Source: Octopus sinensis (Eukaryota). Taken from it: a DNA stretch of 64,000 bases. The notes under the pieces are model-generated. The model saw only the letters and a program-made list of their open reading frames with translations, made no database searches and was not told the DNA's origin. This document shows positions 1 through 14,129 of the stretch, in pieces (position 1 is the first letter of the stretch; each line of letters opens with the position of its first letter). The stretch covers positions 18,724,001 to 18,788,000 of the forward strand of contig NC_043010.1 of NCBI RefSeq assembly GCF_006345805.1. Reading direction: 5' to 3'. The position numbers and the translations under genes were made by a program.

Positions 1-527
1 TCATCATCATCCTCATTTGTCACGCAACTCATATATGACATCAGTGCTATGAACAAACTTACCAATCAAAATTGCTCTTTTGCATCTCTCTCTCTCTCTC
101 CACACGTGTTTGTGTGTATGTTTGTTTATTACGTGTGATCGGGAGGAGATGGTTTCTTTTCATACTCTCATCCACCATCACCGCCACGATCTGCTGCTGC
201 TACCGCTACTACTACCGCTGCTGCTGGTGTTGGTGTTGTTACAGCTTCTGCTAATTATTATTGAAAAATACCACCACGTGTGTGTGACTGTAGTTGTTAA
301 ATTTATGGGGGTCAAGTGTACCGTATAATATATGCGCACTCGCACGCATCTGAACGCATCTTTTTGTCGTCCGGAGAATCATCACAACGAGTAGCGATGG
401 AGTGAATCATCAGATTCGAGAATGTGTGTTTGTGTTTGTGTGTAATATTACCATTTCACTAACTCATCTGTTTACAGTGTTGTGACGTGCAGTGAGTGAT
501 ATTCTGACTGTAGGGTAGTCGTTATAT

Positions 528-750
528 GTTTCTTTATTACCCAAAAGGGGCTAAACACAGAGGGGACAAACAAGAACAGACAAATGAATTAAGTCGATTA
601 CATCGACCCTAGTGCGTAACTGGTACTTAATTTATCGACCCCGAAAGGATGAAAGGCAAAGTCGACCTCGGCGGAACTTGAACTCAGAAAGTAACGGCAG
701 ACGAAATATGGCTACGCATTTCGCCTGGCGTGCTAACGGTTCTGCCAGGG
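528..750 (-). mobile_element. tRNA-derived SINE, family 1 (other copies at about 7905-8130, 36375-36590, 37110-37330, 40340-40560)
   Basis: Near-identical dispersed ~220-bp repeat with a GAGTTCAAATTC B-box-like motif on the element strand. Confidence 0.8.
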
Positions 751-2266
751 TACTCGTTATAGTATGGTGTTGGTCGAGTTGGCCTTCATTGACAAACCTA
801 TCTTCAAAAGCATTCCAAGTGTAAACACGTCCACTTTTCAATGCTTGTGTGTCTCTGTGATTTCCGTCTGCCAAACTAACCGTACCTACGTACGTACATA
901 GAAACCAACAAAAATTCTATGTTGTTGATGTTGAAATTCCAATGAAGGAACCGTGGATCTAGGTTAGAAACCGGTTCTTTCTCTATTGGTAAGAAATCTT
1001 CAAATAAACTGAATGACATCCATTTGTGTGTGTGTGTCTTTGTCATTTGTCAAGCTGGGGCACTGTCTTTAATTGTAGTCGTACTAATCGAGGCCAGTAC
1101 TTACTTTTTAAAACCTGGTGCTTATTCTGTTACTTCTTTTGCCGAACCGCTAGGTGACGGACGTAAACATGCCAACACTGGTTGTCAAATGGTGCGAGTG
1201 GAGAAACACCACACATACACACACAGATATAGATTGCTAGATGCGACGGGCTTCTTTCAGTTTCCGTCTACCAAAGCCATGTGAATGGATTTGGTCGGTA
1301 TGGAGCTTTAGTACAAGACACTTGCCCAAGATACCACGCAATGGGACTGAACTGAAACCCATGTGGTTCGGAAGTAAGCTTATTACCCACACGTATGTAT
1401 GTATACAATCTTGTTTCAGTCATTGGACTGCAGCCATGCTGGAGCAGTCTTGAAGAGTTCAGTTTTAAAAAAATCACCTAGTACTTATTTTCAGTCTGGT
1501 ACCACTTATTCTATCGGATACTTTTGCCAAACCGCTTAGGTAGGGAACGTAAACAAACCAACGCCGGATGTGAAGTGGCGAACACAGAGAAGTTTTGTCT
1601 ACCTAATTCCTTATACAATTTAATAAATAGCAAAACCAAACCTAAAACAAGTTTAACAACGTATCCATTGATTTTTTATATTTTTTTATCTCAGTGAAAA
1701 GTAAAAATATCTTCAGTGAGAATTGAACCACTGAACAGAAGGTTGTTAACCAAATATTCCTGACAGTTTTCGTTGGATGTTTTAGACATTGACACGGAGT
1801 TTTGTAGGAAGGATTGCAGTGTATTAAAGATACTTTGAATGACTCCTCTTTTATCAGCTCCGAGGGGAAAGGAGGGAAGGAATAATAGAATGTGAACTAT
1901 AATCGGGTAAGATTTAGCTACCATTTCTAGCAGATTGCGTGATCATTTGTTCAAGGGAGGTAAGCAAGGTTTTTTTAATGCTGCCCTCTCTACCACTGCA
2001 CCGACTTCTGTCACCTCGGACCTGCAGCTAAACAATATCTGTAGGTCAATCGTAATCGATACCAGTTGAGAACTGGTATCGATATAATCAATTAGCTCTC
2101 GTCTCTAAAAATTGCTAGCTTTATGTCAAAATTTGAAAGAATTTGTAACTCGACATTAAATTTAGGTCATTGTTTCTCAACCATTTTTTTTTTTGCCTTT
2201 GGACTCTGATTGCTATTTAACTCGGATGGACCTTCTTGACCATTCAGTATTTTTTTAATACTTAAA

Positions 2267-2658
2267 CTAGCAGTATCGCCCGGCGTTGCTCGGGTTTGTA
2301 AGGGAAATAACTATATAAGCATTTTTAGAGACGTAAAGTATAATAGCCATGTCAATATGGCTAACCACAAAGGGTGGTGTTACGGTAGCTTTTTACGTTC
2401 TGAGATTTAATAAATTTTTAGAGAGTTACTTCCCTTATATATGCCAAAAATGCATTAAAAATGGGAAAAATTGATGGTAAATATTTTTAAAAATCGTAGA
2501 CTCATCGTAGACGCGCGCTAATACCCAGAAGGGCTCGATATGAATCACGACTATAAGATACCCGGTTTTGGTTAAACTGCACCGCAAAATGTGGGAGTAG
2601 TTAGGAATCTAAATCGTAGGAGACAGACAGCACACAACCTCTCTTTTATATATAAAGA
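2267..2658 (-). mobile_element. Non-autonomous Helitron-like element
   Basis: On the minus strand: 5' TC, 3' CTAG, subterminal hairpin CCCGAGCAACGCCGGG, inserted between A and T. Confidence 0.7.
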
Positions 2659-3934
2659 TATCGTTAGGAATTGTAAAATATGTTGTGTATTGTAGAAATT
2701 ATAACCAATTTATTGCAGATGGGAACTGCTGGTTTAGGTTGATAGATGAAATTGGAAGATAGAGAGATTTAGTTTGTACATTGGTTAATTTTAAATGAGG
2801 GAATTTTCATTTCAAGATGTTTTAATGCTTTTTTTTAAAATATATATTATTAATTGGTGGGTGATGGGTAGGCAAAATCGGTTGAGCATCAGACAAAATG
2901 CCTTCCACTATTTGTTCTGGCTTTTTATATTCTGGCTCCACATAAAAAGCACCCATCACGTAAAAAAAAAAAACCACCCAGTAGATTCTGTAAAAGTGAT
3001 TGGTGTTATGAAGGGCATCCAGCCATAGAAATGATGCCAAAAGAGACAACTGGAGTGTTGTGCAGCCCTTCAATTTGCCAGCTCTTGTCAAAAGGCCTGA
3101 TCCAAGCCAGCATGGGAAATGGACTTATGATGATGATGATGAATTTGAAAGTCAAAACTTTGGCTTTCATTCATCCAAACTCAATAGACTAAAAGTACTG
3201 GCCTGGTCAGCCTAATTGACCTTAAACCCCTTCCTCTTAAATATTAGGCCTTGTGTTTATGTTAGAAACAATTATTATTATTATTATTATTACCATTAGT
3301 TGACTTACTGAGGAGGTGGCAAGCTGGCAGAGTTGTTAGCAAACTGGACAGAATGTTTAGTGGCATTTTGGTCCGTCTTCACATTCTGTAACAGTTCTTA
3401 ATGTAGTAATTGATTTTTTACACCCATACCACCATCAAATAGAACAAACAAGAATAAATGTTACCGAAATCTATTACTAACAATGGTTTCCAGTTTTGGC
3501 ACCAGGCCAGTGGTATTTATTTTTATTAACCCCAAAGAATGAAAGGCCAAGTTGATCTGTTGCAGTATCTGGTTCTGTATCTTGATGGCGATGTTGGCAT
3601 CTTTGGCACTATACAGTGGTGCCCTGTTCTTTTGTTTGTGTAATTTTCAATCCCAAAGTTTGGGACAAGACCTTCCAGGATTTTCCATATATATACCTCA
3701 CTGCTTATCTTTCCTGCCTTCATTCGAGGGAGTAGTGTCTTTTTCAGACTTTCCCAGTAGCTGACACATGTCACATTGAGACGATCTTCTTTGTGTAGCT
3801 TAGCTGGATTGCTTCAGTTTCCACTGTTAACTTTCCACTTTGAAGTGACCATAATTGCAAGCAACATACACACCCACACGCTTTGATATATTTATACCCC
3901 AAGTTGTGCTTTTCTTTGTTTACATTATACTCTT

Positions 3935-4300
3935 TTACTTGTTCCAGTCATTAGACTGTGGCTATGCTGGAGTACCACCTTTAGTCAAGCAAATCGACCC
4001 CAGGACTTATTCTTTGTAAGCCTAGTACTTATTCTATCGGTCTCTTGCCGAACCACTAAGTTATGGGGACGTAAACACACCAGCATCGGTTGTCAAGCGA
4101 TGTTGGGAGGACAAACACATAAACACACACACACATATATACGATGGGCTTCTTTTAGTTTCCGTCTACCAAATCCACTCACAAGGCTTTGGTTGGCCCG
4201 AGGTTATAGTAGAAGACACTTGCCCAAGGTGCCACGCTGTGGGAATGAACCTGGAACCATGTGGTTGGTAAACAAGCTACTTACCACACAGCCACTCCTA
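3935..4300 (-). mobile_element. tRNA-derived SINE, family 2, CORE-like with internal (TG)n (other copies at about 10920-11290, 39277-39630, 40620-40980, 54985-55345)
   Basis: Head with A/B-box-like motifs (GGTTCAGTCCC), then GGCACCTTGGGCAAGTGTCTT (CORE-like), a microsatellite and a shared 3' domain. Confidence 0.75.
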
Positions 4301-5579
4301 CACCTAAAATTCTAAATATTAATATACATTTCTGCTTCAGAATGCATGTCTTGACCTTTTGATAAATTATTTTTATTGTGTGTGTGTTTAAAGTTGTCAT
4401 TTTGCCTTCTCACGAGACTACTTGAACTAAAAATGGCATCCCCCCCTCCCCCATGTGAACATTACATCTTATAGCTCTGTTGTTAAAGATTTAGGTGAAA
4501 TAAAAAAGAAAAATCCCTTCTTTGAAAACAGGTGAGTGTTGGTTATAGGTAGAGTATCCAACTGTGAAAATATGGCTGCAATTCAGCATCCGTCTAATCT
4601 CAGCAGCTTAGGAAAACAAGCAGAGAACAGACACTGAGCACCCCACATAAACACACTGTAATTATTACATTAGAGTACAAACAACTATTACAAAGCCCTC
4701 ATGCCCTCGCTACTTAGTAAAGTGATGATGCTATATAAAGTGAGAACAGGCCAAGGTTATAGTTTCTAAAGAAGGCTTGTGTAGTTCAAAGTGTTTATGT
4801 TTTATGTTTGTTCTTTGGTGCTACAGTTTTAATAATGCTCGTTTCAGTTAAGGCAGCAACACAACCTTATGTGGAGACTGTGATCATGAATTAATTGTAG
4901 CTTTTGTAAAGGGGGCTGAGCTTTTAGCTTTGCTTCCATTGTGTGGCATCTTAGGCAAGGGCTTCTCCTATAACCTCACGTTGACCGAAAGCCAGGGGAG
5001 GGAAGAAGATGAGTAAGGGGAGACTGGAGAAGATTGTTGCATGGACTGAGCCTGTAATTTAAAGGTGCAGTTTTGTCACATTCTGTCATAGTGATTCTAC
5101 TTGAGAATTACGTTAAGAGTACGTGTGTCTGTGGAGTACTCAGTCACTTCACATGCTAATTCAATGAGAAGGTTGTCCAATTGATCAAACACCTGGATAG
5201 TCATGTGTTGAAATTTGAGAGTCCATCATGTGTGTGTGTGTGTTTGTAAATAGGGTGTGCTGCTGTTGTTGTGTAGCCCTCTATTAGCACTGATCTAGCA
5301 GATATGATATGTAGGTCACCAACGAATGTCTAAATGTAATCTAAAGATCTGCTCTTTCAGATACACTCCATTTCTGTTGAGTTGGGCGTATTTTCTGGAT
5401 GCATGCTTTGCTTAATTGTATACAGTTCAACTTGTTAGCCTGGATACATTGAATTTTATTTTCTATTCCATCTCGTCTGTTTCTGTATGTGTCTGGTACA
5501 GAAGTTTGAATCTGTTGTGAATTCTCTTGTTCCTCTCCCCTCAGTATTTCTGTTGTGTATCCCAGCACAAGGATCAGGT

Positions 5580-5808
5580 TTAACCCTTTAGCATTCAGAC
5601 TTCTTTGACAAATGTAATGCTTATTTATTCACATTGTTTTGAATTAATCATGCTTTTGTCTCAGATCTTAGAGATTTCATTGGTGTGTTTGTATGTTTTT
5701 AGAATGACATTGAAGGGTTGGAGTGAGAAGGTGGACCTGGTCAGTTTTAACATAAAACAAAGTAGAATATTTGAGCCAGATACGGTCAGATTAAATGCTA
5801 GCGGTTTA
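5580..5808. mobile_element. MITE with TTAACCCTTTAGCATT-type termini (piggyBac-like ends); related copies at about 8559-8760 and 26320-26520
   Basis: Left end ttaaccctttagcatt, right end aatgctagcggttta or aatgctaaaggg; shared interior. Confidence 0.45.
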
Positions 5809-6000
5809 GTGAAAGGCTGGATGTGTGTAGTAACTGTGTCTTGATGCTGTTCATTGAGGTTAGACTTGCATGTCTGTACATTGCTGGATCTAACTGGTGT
5901 CTCTGATCAAACGCTTGGTGTCTAATTGATACCTATATGTAAATTATTTGGCTACCACACATAGGCATACATGTTTATTTCATGTCTTTTTCTCATTCAG

Positions 6001-6104
6001 GTGGTGGTGGTGGCAAAGGCACTTGGGGACTTCCCGGTGAAGAGTTATATGAAGATGGTATTTGTACAGATGTCCGTGATCCCAATTATGATCCTGAAAG
6101 CCAG
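6001..6104 (+). CDS. PDCD4: PDCD4 coding exon (first seen in window; gene 5'-partial)
   Basis: cag acceptor at 5998-6000, gtaatt donor at 6105. Translates (G)GGGGKGTWGLPGEELYEDGICTDVRDPNYDPESQ, matching the PDCD4 GGxGGKGxWG...DPNYD motif. Confidence 0.93.
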
Positions 6105-6189
6105 GTAATTGTTTAGTTTCTTTATTCTTGTTGTATTGATTTAATAATTGAAGAGTTTACCTTCAAAACCAGATCTATGCATTGGAATG

Positions 6190-6465
6190 ACTTGAGGACG
6201 TCACAGGTGCTGCTGGACTGGCTCCTGTGCAGGTGGCACGTAAAAAGCACCATTTGGACGTGGCCATTGTCAGTACCACCAAACTGGCCCTCGTGCCGGT
6301 GGCATGTAAAAGCATCCACTACACTCTGAGTGGTTGGCGTTAGGAAGGGCATCCATCTGTAGAAACTCTGCCAGATCAGATTGGAGTCTGGTTCGCCAGA
6401 CCTCAGTCAAATCGTCCAACCCATGCTAGCATGGAAAGCGGACGTTAAATGATGATGATAATGAT
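6190..6465 (+). mobile_element. RTE LINE 3' tail copy, representative of many
   Basis: Ends CATGCTAGCATGGAAAGCGGACGTTAAA(TGA)n. The same tail follows the RTE coding remnant at 12396-13460. Confidence 0.75.
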
Positions 6466-8257
6466 GTTTAAAACAACCACCTGGATATATCTGATTTTGA
6501 TTGCAAGACTAAGATTCGCCTCCTGTCTATACGGCATCTATCCCAGTTTGACTGAAACACATTTCACGTGCATGAAGCCAGCAGCTTGTAGATTGTGCTT
6601 TAATGGTTATCATGAAATCAACCAAATATGCACTTACACTGGTTTTGAAAGTAAGTTCCTCAATTGAACCAAAATCACAACTATGCTTCCTCGTCTCCAT
6701 CTGACTGGTTAACAGACTCAATTCTTACTTCATATTTGTTGAACCCAAAGTTGGCCCTTGCATTTTTTTTCTTCGGGAATAATGTTCTCTAGACAAAAAT
6801 ATTCTGTATATCTATTTTTTTTTTAAGATGATACGATGTGATATGAAGAAGATTTGGTTGCTATTTTTAGCTAGTTTTGCATCCACAGACTCCCATAGTT
6901 AGCATTGGGGAGGAAGATTATTTTAAAAACTTGCAACAGATGTTTGCTTTATATCTCAGTTTTGACAGATAACTCAGTCTTTACTCAGTTATGCTTTACT
7001 CAGTTACAAGGTAAAGTTGATGAAATTGGTGTTGATGTGAGAGAAATAATTTGGGAATCAGAGGAAGAGGTGAGTTTAGAGAAATGGTTAGGTTGAATTA
7101 GTGTGGCAGTTTGGAACTTTATTCTTCGTTTCTAAATTGACATTATTGAACTGTGTTGCATCACCTTTCTTCCTAAGTTGCTTAGAATTAATTTAATGGC
7201 TCAATCACTAAGCAACTTGAAGTATTTTTACATTTATGGTAGGTAGATAGATAGCTATTAGCTAACTAAGGAATGTTTTAATGTCTCATTGCTACCACGT
7301 ATGTAAATGAATCGACTGTTGCTGTTTACTTTCAAATCAGTCTTGATTAAGTTTTAGATTATCAAGGGCATTCCAGTCATGGCCATTCCTTTCAGATCTT
7401 CTGTATCTAGGGCAGCATTATCCAGTGTGTTGTTCTGCCATTTTTAAGACAATATGGTGGGATTTGAGAAGTTCTAGGTCACTATTTTTACAATATAGCT
7501 GCTTCCCCCCCCACCTGTTTTCCATGCTGGCATGGGTTGGACAGTTTGAGAGGAGCTGGCAAAGCTGGAGACCACAGTTTGTCATGGCGTGGTTTCTGCA
7601 GCTTTAATACCAACCACTTTACAGTGTGTACTGGCTGCTTTTTATGTTGGACCAGCTCCAATGCTTTTTACATTTACTATGAATGATGTGTAGAACATTA
7701 GATAACGAGTGGCTGTTCATTAAATTAGTAAACAAATATTCCAATTGATTGTCGAACCAAATTCCAATGTGTGTGTGAGATCTTCAGAGGTTGAGCCTCA
7801 CGGAGGAGGTGACAAGGATCTAAGGCTTCTGGCAATTTACTGAGCTTAGGACATGTCAAGCCATCCATACAGACAGGATTGTCCTTTACCGTCATACCTA
7901 TTTCTTTACTACCCACAAGGGGCTAAACACAAAGGAGACAAACAAGGACAGACAGACGGATTAAGTCGATTATATCGACCCTAGTGCGTAACTGGTACTT
8001 AATTTATCAACCCCGAAAGGATGAAAGGCAAAGTCGACCTTGGCGGAATTTGAACTCAGAACGTAGCGACAGACGAAATACCACTAAGCATTTCGCCTGG
8101 CATGCTAATGTTTCTGCCAGCTCGCCACCTTTTTTATGACGGACTTTACCGTCATACCCCACCTTCCCCTCCCTCAGTGATCAGTGTATTCCTGTGAGGT
8201 TTTATTTTGTTATATATTTCTATTGTTCTTTTTTTCTTTCTTTCTTTCTTTCTGCAG

Positions 8258-8371
8258 GATGAGTACATTGTGGAGGAAACGGAACCTGAAATAGATGATG
8301 AACAAGTTACAAAATTGGTAGAGCCTATCCTACTTGAGTATTTTGAACATGGGGACACGGGTGATTTCAAG
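8258..8371 (+). CDS. PDCD4: PDCD4 coding exon (start of MA3 domain 1)
   Basis: Polypyrimidine tract plus cag, gtgagg donor, 114 nt in phase 0: DEYIVEETEPEIDDEQVTKLVEPILLEYFEHGDTGDFK (EYFEHGD motif). Confidence 0.95.
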
Positions 8372-9181
8372 GTGAGGGTTTGAGCCTTTTTCTTCTTAAT
8401 ATGTTGAAACCCTTTGGCATTTGGGTCACTCTGCCAACTACAATGTTTGTTTATTCAATTTGTTTTGAATTAATCATGCATTATCTTGTAGCTTTGAGAT
8501 TTCAATATTGTGGAAGATGACATTGTAGGGTAGGCAAGAGAGGCCTGATATGGCTGGTTTAACCCTTTAGCATTCAAATGTAATGCTTATTTCTTCAAAT
8601 TGTTTTTAATTATGTATTGTCTCATAGCTTTGAGATTTTGATGATATAATCATTTTGCTTTTAGAATGACATTGTGGGGTAGGTGCAAGAAGCTGGATCT
8701 GGTCAGTTTGAACTGATGGAATATTTAGGCTGGATATGGCTGGGTTGAATGCTAAAGGGGGAAGTAATAATAATTCTATAGTGCCACATAAAAGTGCTTG
8801 TGTTGTGCCATGTGAAAGCACCCGTGTGGCACCACATAAAAGTGCCCATGCAGCAAGCATCCAGCGCACTCTGCAAAAACAGGTGGCATTAGGAAGGGCA
8901 TCCAGCCATAGAAACCATGCCAAATCAGACTGGAGTCTGCTTCAGCTCCCCAGCTTGCCAGCTCTGGTCAAATTGTCCAATGCTTGCCAGCATGGACAAT
9001 GGATGTTATATGATGATGATGAACTCCTGTCTTAAAACTTAATGGGATGGTTTATATAAACTTTGGTGTTAACTCCGCCACTTGAGGTGCATATAAAATT
9101 GTCTAGTGTTTTCTTTGTCATTCAAGCTAAATATAAGGTATTACACCCATTTCCTATCTATAATGGTCTATTACTGGGTTC

Positions 9182-9219
<38 letters not shown>

Positions 9220-10507
9220 CCTATTATAAATTATGGATGGAAGGTATATTGTGCCAAAAAATTATCTTGCAGTGTTTAGCGATGTCTATGTTCTGAGTTC
9301 ACATCCTGCCAAGATCAGCTGCGATCCTTCCTAATTGATAAAAATAAACTACCTGTCAAATATTGCCACAAATTTGTTCTACTGTTTTATGTCCTGAATT
9401 TTAAAAAATAAATAAATAAAAAAGCCTATTTAGGTTGACTTTGCCCTTTCATCCTTCTGGGGTCAATGGAACAAAAAAAAACACAAGTAGTGGAGTGTGT
9501 GGGGTCAATTAAACCTTCCCCTCAAATTCCTGGCCTTATGCCTGCATTCATACTGATTATTATTTTCTATTATAAGCACAAGGCCTGAAACTGATGGTCA
9601 GGGTTGGTCGATTACATTGACCTGAGGAATTGGCTGGTGCTGCTTTTATTGATCCTGAAAGGACTCTTATTATTGAATGAGAAAGCAGCACATTCCTTCA
9701 AAGTGATGGGCTACAAATATATGAAGCCCAATAAACCCTTCATGACTGACTGTCTGATAAGGGTGACTTCATATCAGGATAAACAGTGCATGACCCTGTT
9801 GGTGAGGCCCAGTAAGAATTTTCTTCAGGTTGAGTAGCCCATCCCACTCAAAAAGGTCCTTGAATAAAGGATGTTTAAGGATGATGAACAAAATACTCAT
9901 GTTTCCAGAAGTGAATTATTTAAACCCCAGAAAATACTTCTCAACACATGGCTATGATGCTCCTCTGCATGTCATCAGAGCTATACACATCATCAGCCAA
10001 TAAGGGACATGAAACAACAACTGACAAGCAAATCTCTGATATTGAGCAGAATATTTACAGTAGTCCATTTTTTATACCCAGACAAACATATACGTGATAA
10101 CACTTCCCATCAGTTAAGATCAGAAGTCACAAGTGCCACTGCCTGGTGCTGCATCAGGGCATTTGTCACCTCCTCCTCCTCCTCCTTCTTCAATAGTTTA
10201 TTTTAAATGATTGCAATATTATTTCCAAAATAATCTCCCAGTTGCTGTTATTGATTGATAGTCAAGTAATGTTTGTCTACTCTTTTGGCCTGACAAGAAA
10301 TTCACTCCTTGAAACAGTTGTCACCCATTTTCCTTGTGCCAGCATTTCTGGATACAACCCAAATATTATTTTGAATAAACTGTTTTCAGGATATCGTAAA
10401 ATCTAATATGTTTTTATGCACTGATCTAACAAAAGTATAAACAATTCCTTGGAAAGTCTGGTTCATCAATATGTCATTAAACTTGCTTTATTTCCTGTCT
10501 TTGTCAG

Positions 10508-10729
10508 GACTCTCTTGAAGATTTAAACATGTCAAAGTACACGCCGCAGATTGCTGAGATGGCTATAAATCTGGCACTGGATCGAAAAGGATTGCAGAGA
10601 GAGATGACATCTGTTTTGATATCGGATCTCTACGGAGATTATCTCTCTCATGAAGACATAGCTAATGGTTTTGACAATGTCTTAAGAAGCCTTTCAGAGT
10701 TAACCTTAGATGCACCAGAAGCCCCATTG
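10508..10729 (+). CDS. PDCD4: PDCD4 coding exon (MA3 domain 1)
   Basis: cag/gtaagt, 222 nt in phase 0: DSLEDLNMSKY...REMTSVLISDLYG...LSELTLDAPEAPL. Confidence 0.95.
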
Positions 10730-11990
10730 GTAAGTGATAGTAAAGCACCTTTTGAAAGTTGTTTCCTCTATATTTTTGAAGGACATTCACTGGAATGGTA
10801 ACATAGTTGGCCCCTGCATTCACTTTCATCAGCTAAATTTTAGTTTTAGTTTATATACCCCACTCTCAGCTTGGCTTCGGTATTAGGTATGACTTGTTAT
10901 TGATGACAGTATTTTTTTATCCTTTCACTTGTTTGTTATTAGACTGTGGCCATGCTGGGGTACCACCATTGAAGAATTTTTAGTCTAAGGAATCAACCCC
11001 AGTACTTCTTTTTAAAACTTGGTCCTTATTTTGCCAATCTCTTCTGCTGAACGGCTAATTTATGGGGATGTAAATGCACTTACACTGGTTGTAAACTGAT
11101 GGTGAGGGGCCAAAACACACACACACACACACACACACATATATCTCAAGGTCTGGTTTCTTTCAGTTTCCATCTATCAAATCCATTCACAAGGCTTTTT
11201 GTTGGTCTGAGGCTGTAGTAGAAAACACTTGTCCAAGATGTCACACAATGGGACTGAGCCCAAAACCATGTGATTGGGAAGCAGGCTTCTTGACTATTAA
11301 TAAAAAAAAAATATACAGGATGAAAAAAATAAGTGAAACAAAATTGTTCATTAAGAAAATATATCAGTTCAGAGTGAATGTCAGTGGCATGCTCTGCATG
11401 TTTTAAGTCACTTTACTGTTAGTAACACTTTTGCTGCTGCTGCTGCCACTAGACATACAATTAAAGTAAATGAAACAAGTGTACTAATACATTTCTGTGT
11501 ATAAATCTATCAGAATTAACTTTATGGTAAACCTAGACAACACGAGAGTACAGTGTGGATGATTTCAATATTGTCGGTTTATCTGCAGCATCTGGAGTCC
11601 TTCTTAACAGAGCTTGGCCCAGTTGCTTTAAAATCCAGTGGATGGCAAGCAGGGGTATTTTTCAGGGTCAAACACCCCCCTCCCCCTCTCTCTCTAGAAA
11701 TTGAAATATCAAGATGGTGGGGGTGGGGTGGGGGTCAACCTTACTACTGTGTTATGCAGTCAATGTACTGAACTACTCTCATGTGGCTAATATATTGGAC
11801 TGCTGTCTCATGTGGCCAGTGTATAAGACTGATTTCATATCAATGTGTAGGTTTCTGTCTCATGGTTTATATTTTGATACTGGTAAATGTAAAGTAATAT
11901 AGTTAGGGACCTTTCTTTTTTTACTCGTTTTTATGTTAACTGCTTGTTTAACTAACAACTGTTTTAATTTATTTTGTTGCTGCTGTCCAG

Positions 11991-12088
11991 GTTGTTGGTC
12001 AATTTATTGCTCGAGCTGTGGCTGATGATTGTCTGCCTCCAAAGTTTGTCAGTAGTTACAAAGGCAAAGTAGATTGCCCGCATGCCAG
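11991..12088 (+). CDS. PDCD4: PDCD4 coding exon
   Basis: cag/gtatgt, 98 nt: VVGQFIARAVADDCLPPKFVSSYKGKVDCPHA(R), containing the GQFIARAVxD motif. Confidence 0.96.
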
Positions 12089-12395
12089 GTATGTATAGCG
12101 ACAATATCATCATCATCATCATCATCCATTTTCCATGCTGACATGGGTTGGCCAGTTTGACGGGCTGGCAAGACATGGGACTGTTTGTGTTGACAAGGGT
12201 TCTATGGCTGGATGCTTTTCCTAATGCAAATATCTTATATACATATGTATATACACACACATGCATGCTCGCACACACAGGGTGTGATGGGTAAATTGCC
12301 ATTTAAAATTTTTAATTTTACGCATGCATATCTTTTATTTTTGATTTTGTCTACTACACTGTGTAGTAAGGCTTACTACACTGTGTAGTAAGGCT

Positions 12396-13460
12396 AACTG
12401 GGAAGATAGTTTTTGTGTGTGGCAAATGCTCAGGACAATAAACACTGAAAATGTGCAGAAAACAGCTTCCATCACATTCCAGGGGGAAAAATTACAAGTA
12501 ATTGATAGCTTCCGTTACCTAGGTGACCAAGTCAGTAGCTGGGGTGGATGCCCTGAGAGCGTAGCTATTAGAATAAGAATAGGCTGCACAAAGTTCAGAG
12601 AGCTCCTACTTTAGCTGGTAACAAAAGAGCCTTTCACTCTGAGTGAAAGGTGGATTATATGATGTGTGTGTGTGCAAACACCCATGCTACATGGCTGTGA
12701 ATGTGGGCTGTGACTACCGAGAACATGTGTAGGCTTGAAAGAAATGAAGCTAGTAAGCTCTGCTGGATGTGTAATGTTAGCATGACAGAGTGTAAGCATC
12801 CTGGGAGAAAAGTTAGCCATAAGAGGCATCAGATGTGGTGTGTAAGAGAGACGATTGTGTTGGTATGGTTATGTGATGCATATGGATGAAGACAGCTTGT
12901 GAGGAATTGTCACACCCTAACAGTGGAGAGAACCTGTGGAAGAGGTAGACCCAGGAAGACCTGGGTTGAGGTGGTGAAGCACAAACTTCAAACGTTGGGC
13001 TTCACAGAGGCAATGACAAGCAACCAAGACCTTTGGAGACATGTCGTGCTTGAGAAAACCTGGCAAGCCAAGTGAGATTGACCGATGCCAGTGTCACATA
13101 ACTGGCTGGTTTAAAAGCACCCTTCAATCATTGGGCGATATGCCATGCTTGTGACCTGTAGACCTGAGTGAAATTGCAGTCATGGCTGATGCCAGTGCCA
13201 CCTGACTGGCACCCATGCCAGTGGCATGTAAAAAGCACCATTTGAGCATGGTCGATAACAGTGCTGCCTGACTGGCACCTATGCTGGTGGAATGCAAAAA
13301 CCTCCCACTACACTCCCGGAGTGGTTGGCATTAGGAAGGGCATCCAGTTGTAGAAACCTTGCCAAATCAGATTGGAACTTGGTGCAGCCTCTCGGCATAC
13401 CAGTTCTCAGTCAAATCATCCAACCCATGGAAAGCAAATGTTAAACGATGATGATGATGA
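12396..13460 (+). mobile_element. 5'-truncated degenerate RTE-clade LINE
   Basis: Remnant RT C-terminus (LQVIDSFRYLGDQVS..., RLERNEAS..., GRGRPRKTW-like) followed by the common 3' tail and (TGA)n. Confidence 0.8.
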
Positions 13461-14014
13461 TATATATATAAAATGTAGATTTGAATGTTTGTTGCATCTT
13501 GTTACTAGTTTAGAAATAAAGGTTTCCAGTTCAAATCCAGTCTAATGATCAAAACTGGAATGAAACCAAGTGAAATGCAACATGCATCAGGTGGCAAAGA
13601 CCTAATGACCTATGTCCAATTCATGACAGCATGGAAAGTGGATGGGAAATAATTACAAATATAATATATCCAACGCACATAATGTATACAGTGTGTTTGT
13701 TGAGTAAATGGTTGGGGGTTCAGTTCTCTTCTGGAGCATACCAATTTAGTATTAATCCAACTGTTATGTTTAACCACAGGTCAGCTCTGATCCGGCACAC
13801 ATTTCATTGAAATTGTTTTCTTATTCAAACTCCCTTGTGTATCTAGGGGTGCATAAGTTTGTGTGTCATTTCTGTTTAAGGTAGTAGGATGTAAGTTGAG
13901 AAAGATTTGGTTGTTGTGCTTAGCATGTCAAGAAACAGTTTCGAAGTTCTGTTCTTTGTTCTGTGTGTTTTTTTTTTTTTTTTTTTTTGATAAATGTTTA
14001 TTTCTCTATTGCAG

Positions 14015-14129
14015 AGAGGCCCTTGATAAAGCTGACATCTTGTTAACTATGAAACATGGAATTGTGAGGTTAGACACAGTGTGGGGAACTGGTGGTGGTG
14101 TGCGACCTGTAAAGTTTCTTATCAAACAG
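14015..14129 (+). CDS. PDCD4: PDCD4 coding exon
   Basis: cag/gtaagt, 115 nt, phase matches the previous exon: EALDKADILLTMKHGIVRLDTVWGTGGGVRPVKFLIKQ. Confidence 0.96.

Noticed and set aside
1-6000. Search for PDCD4 N-terminal coding exons
   Set aside because: No frame with the expected basic RRLRK or RGLPKK motifs was found; these exons probably lie upstream of the window.
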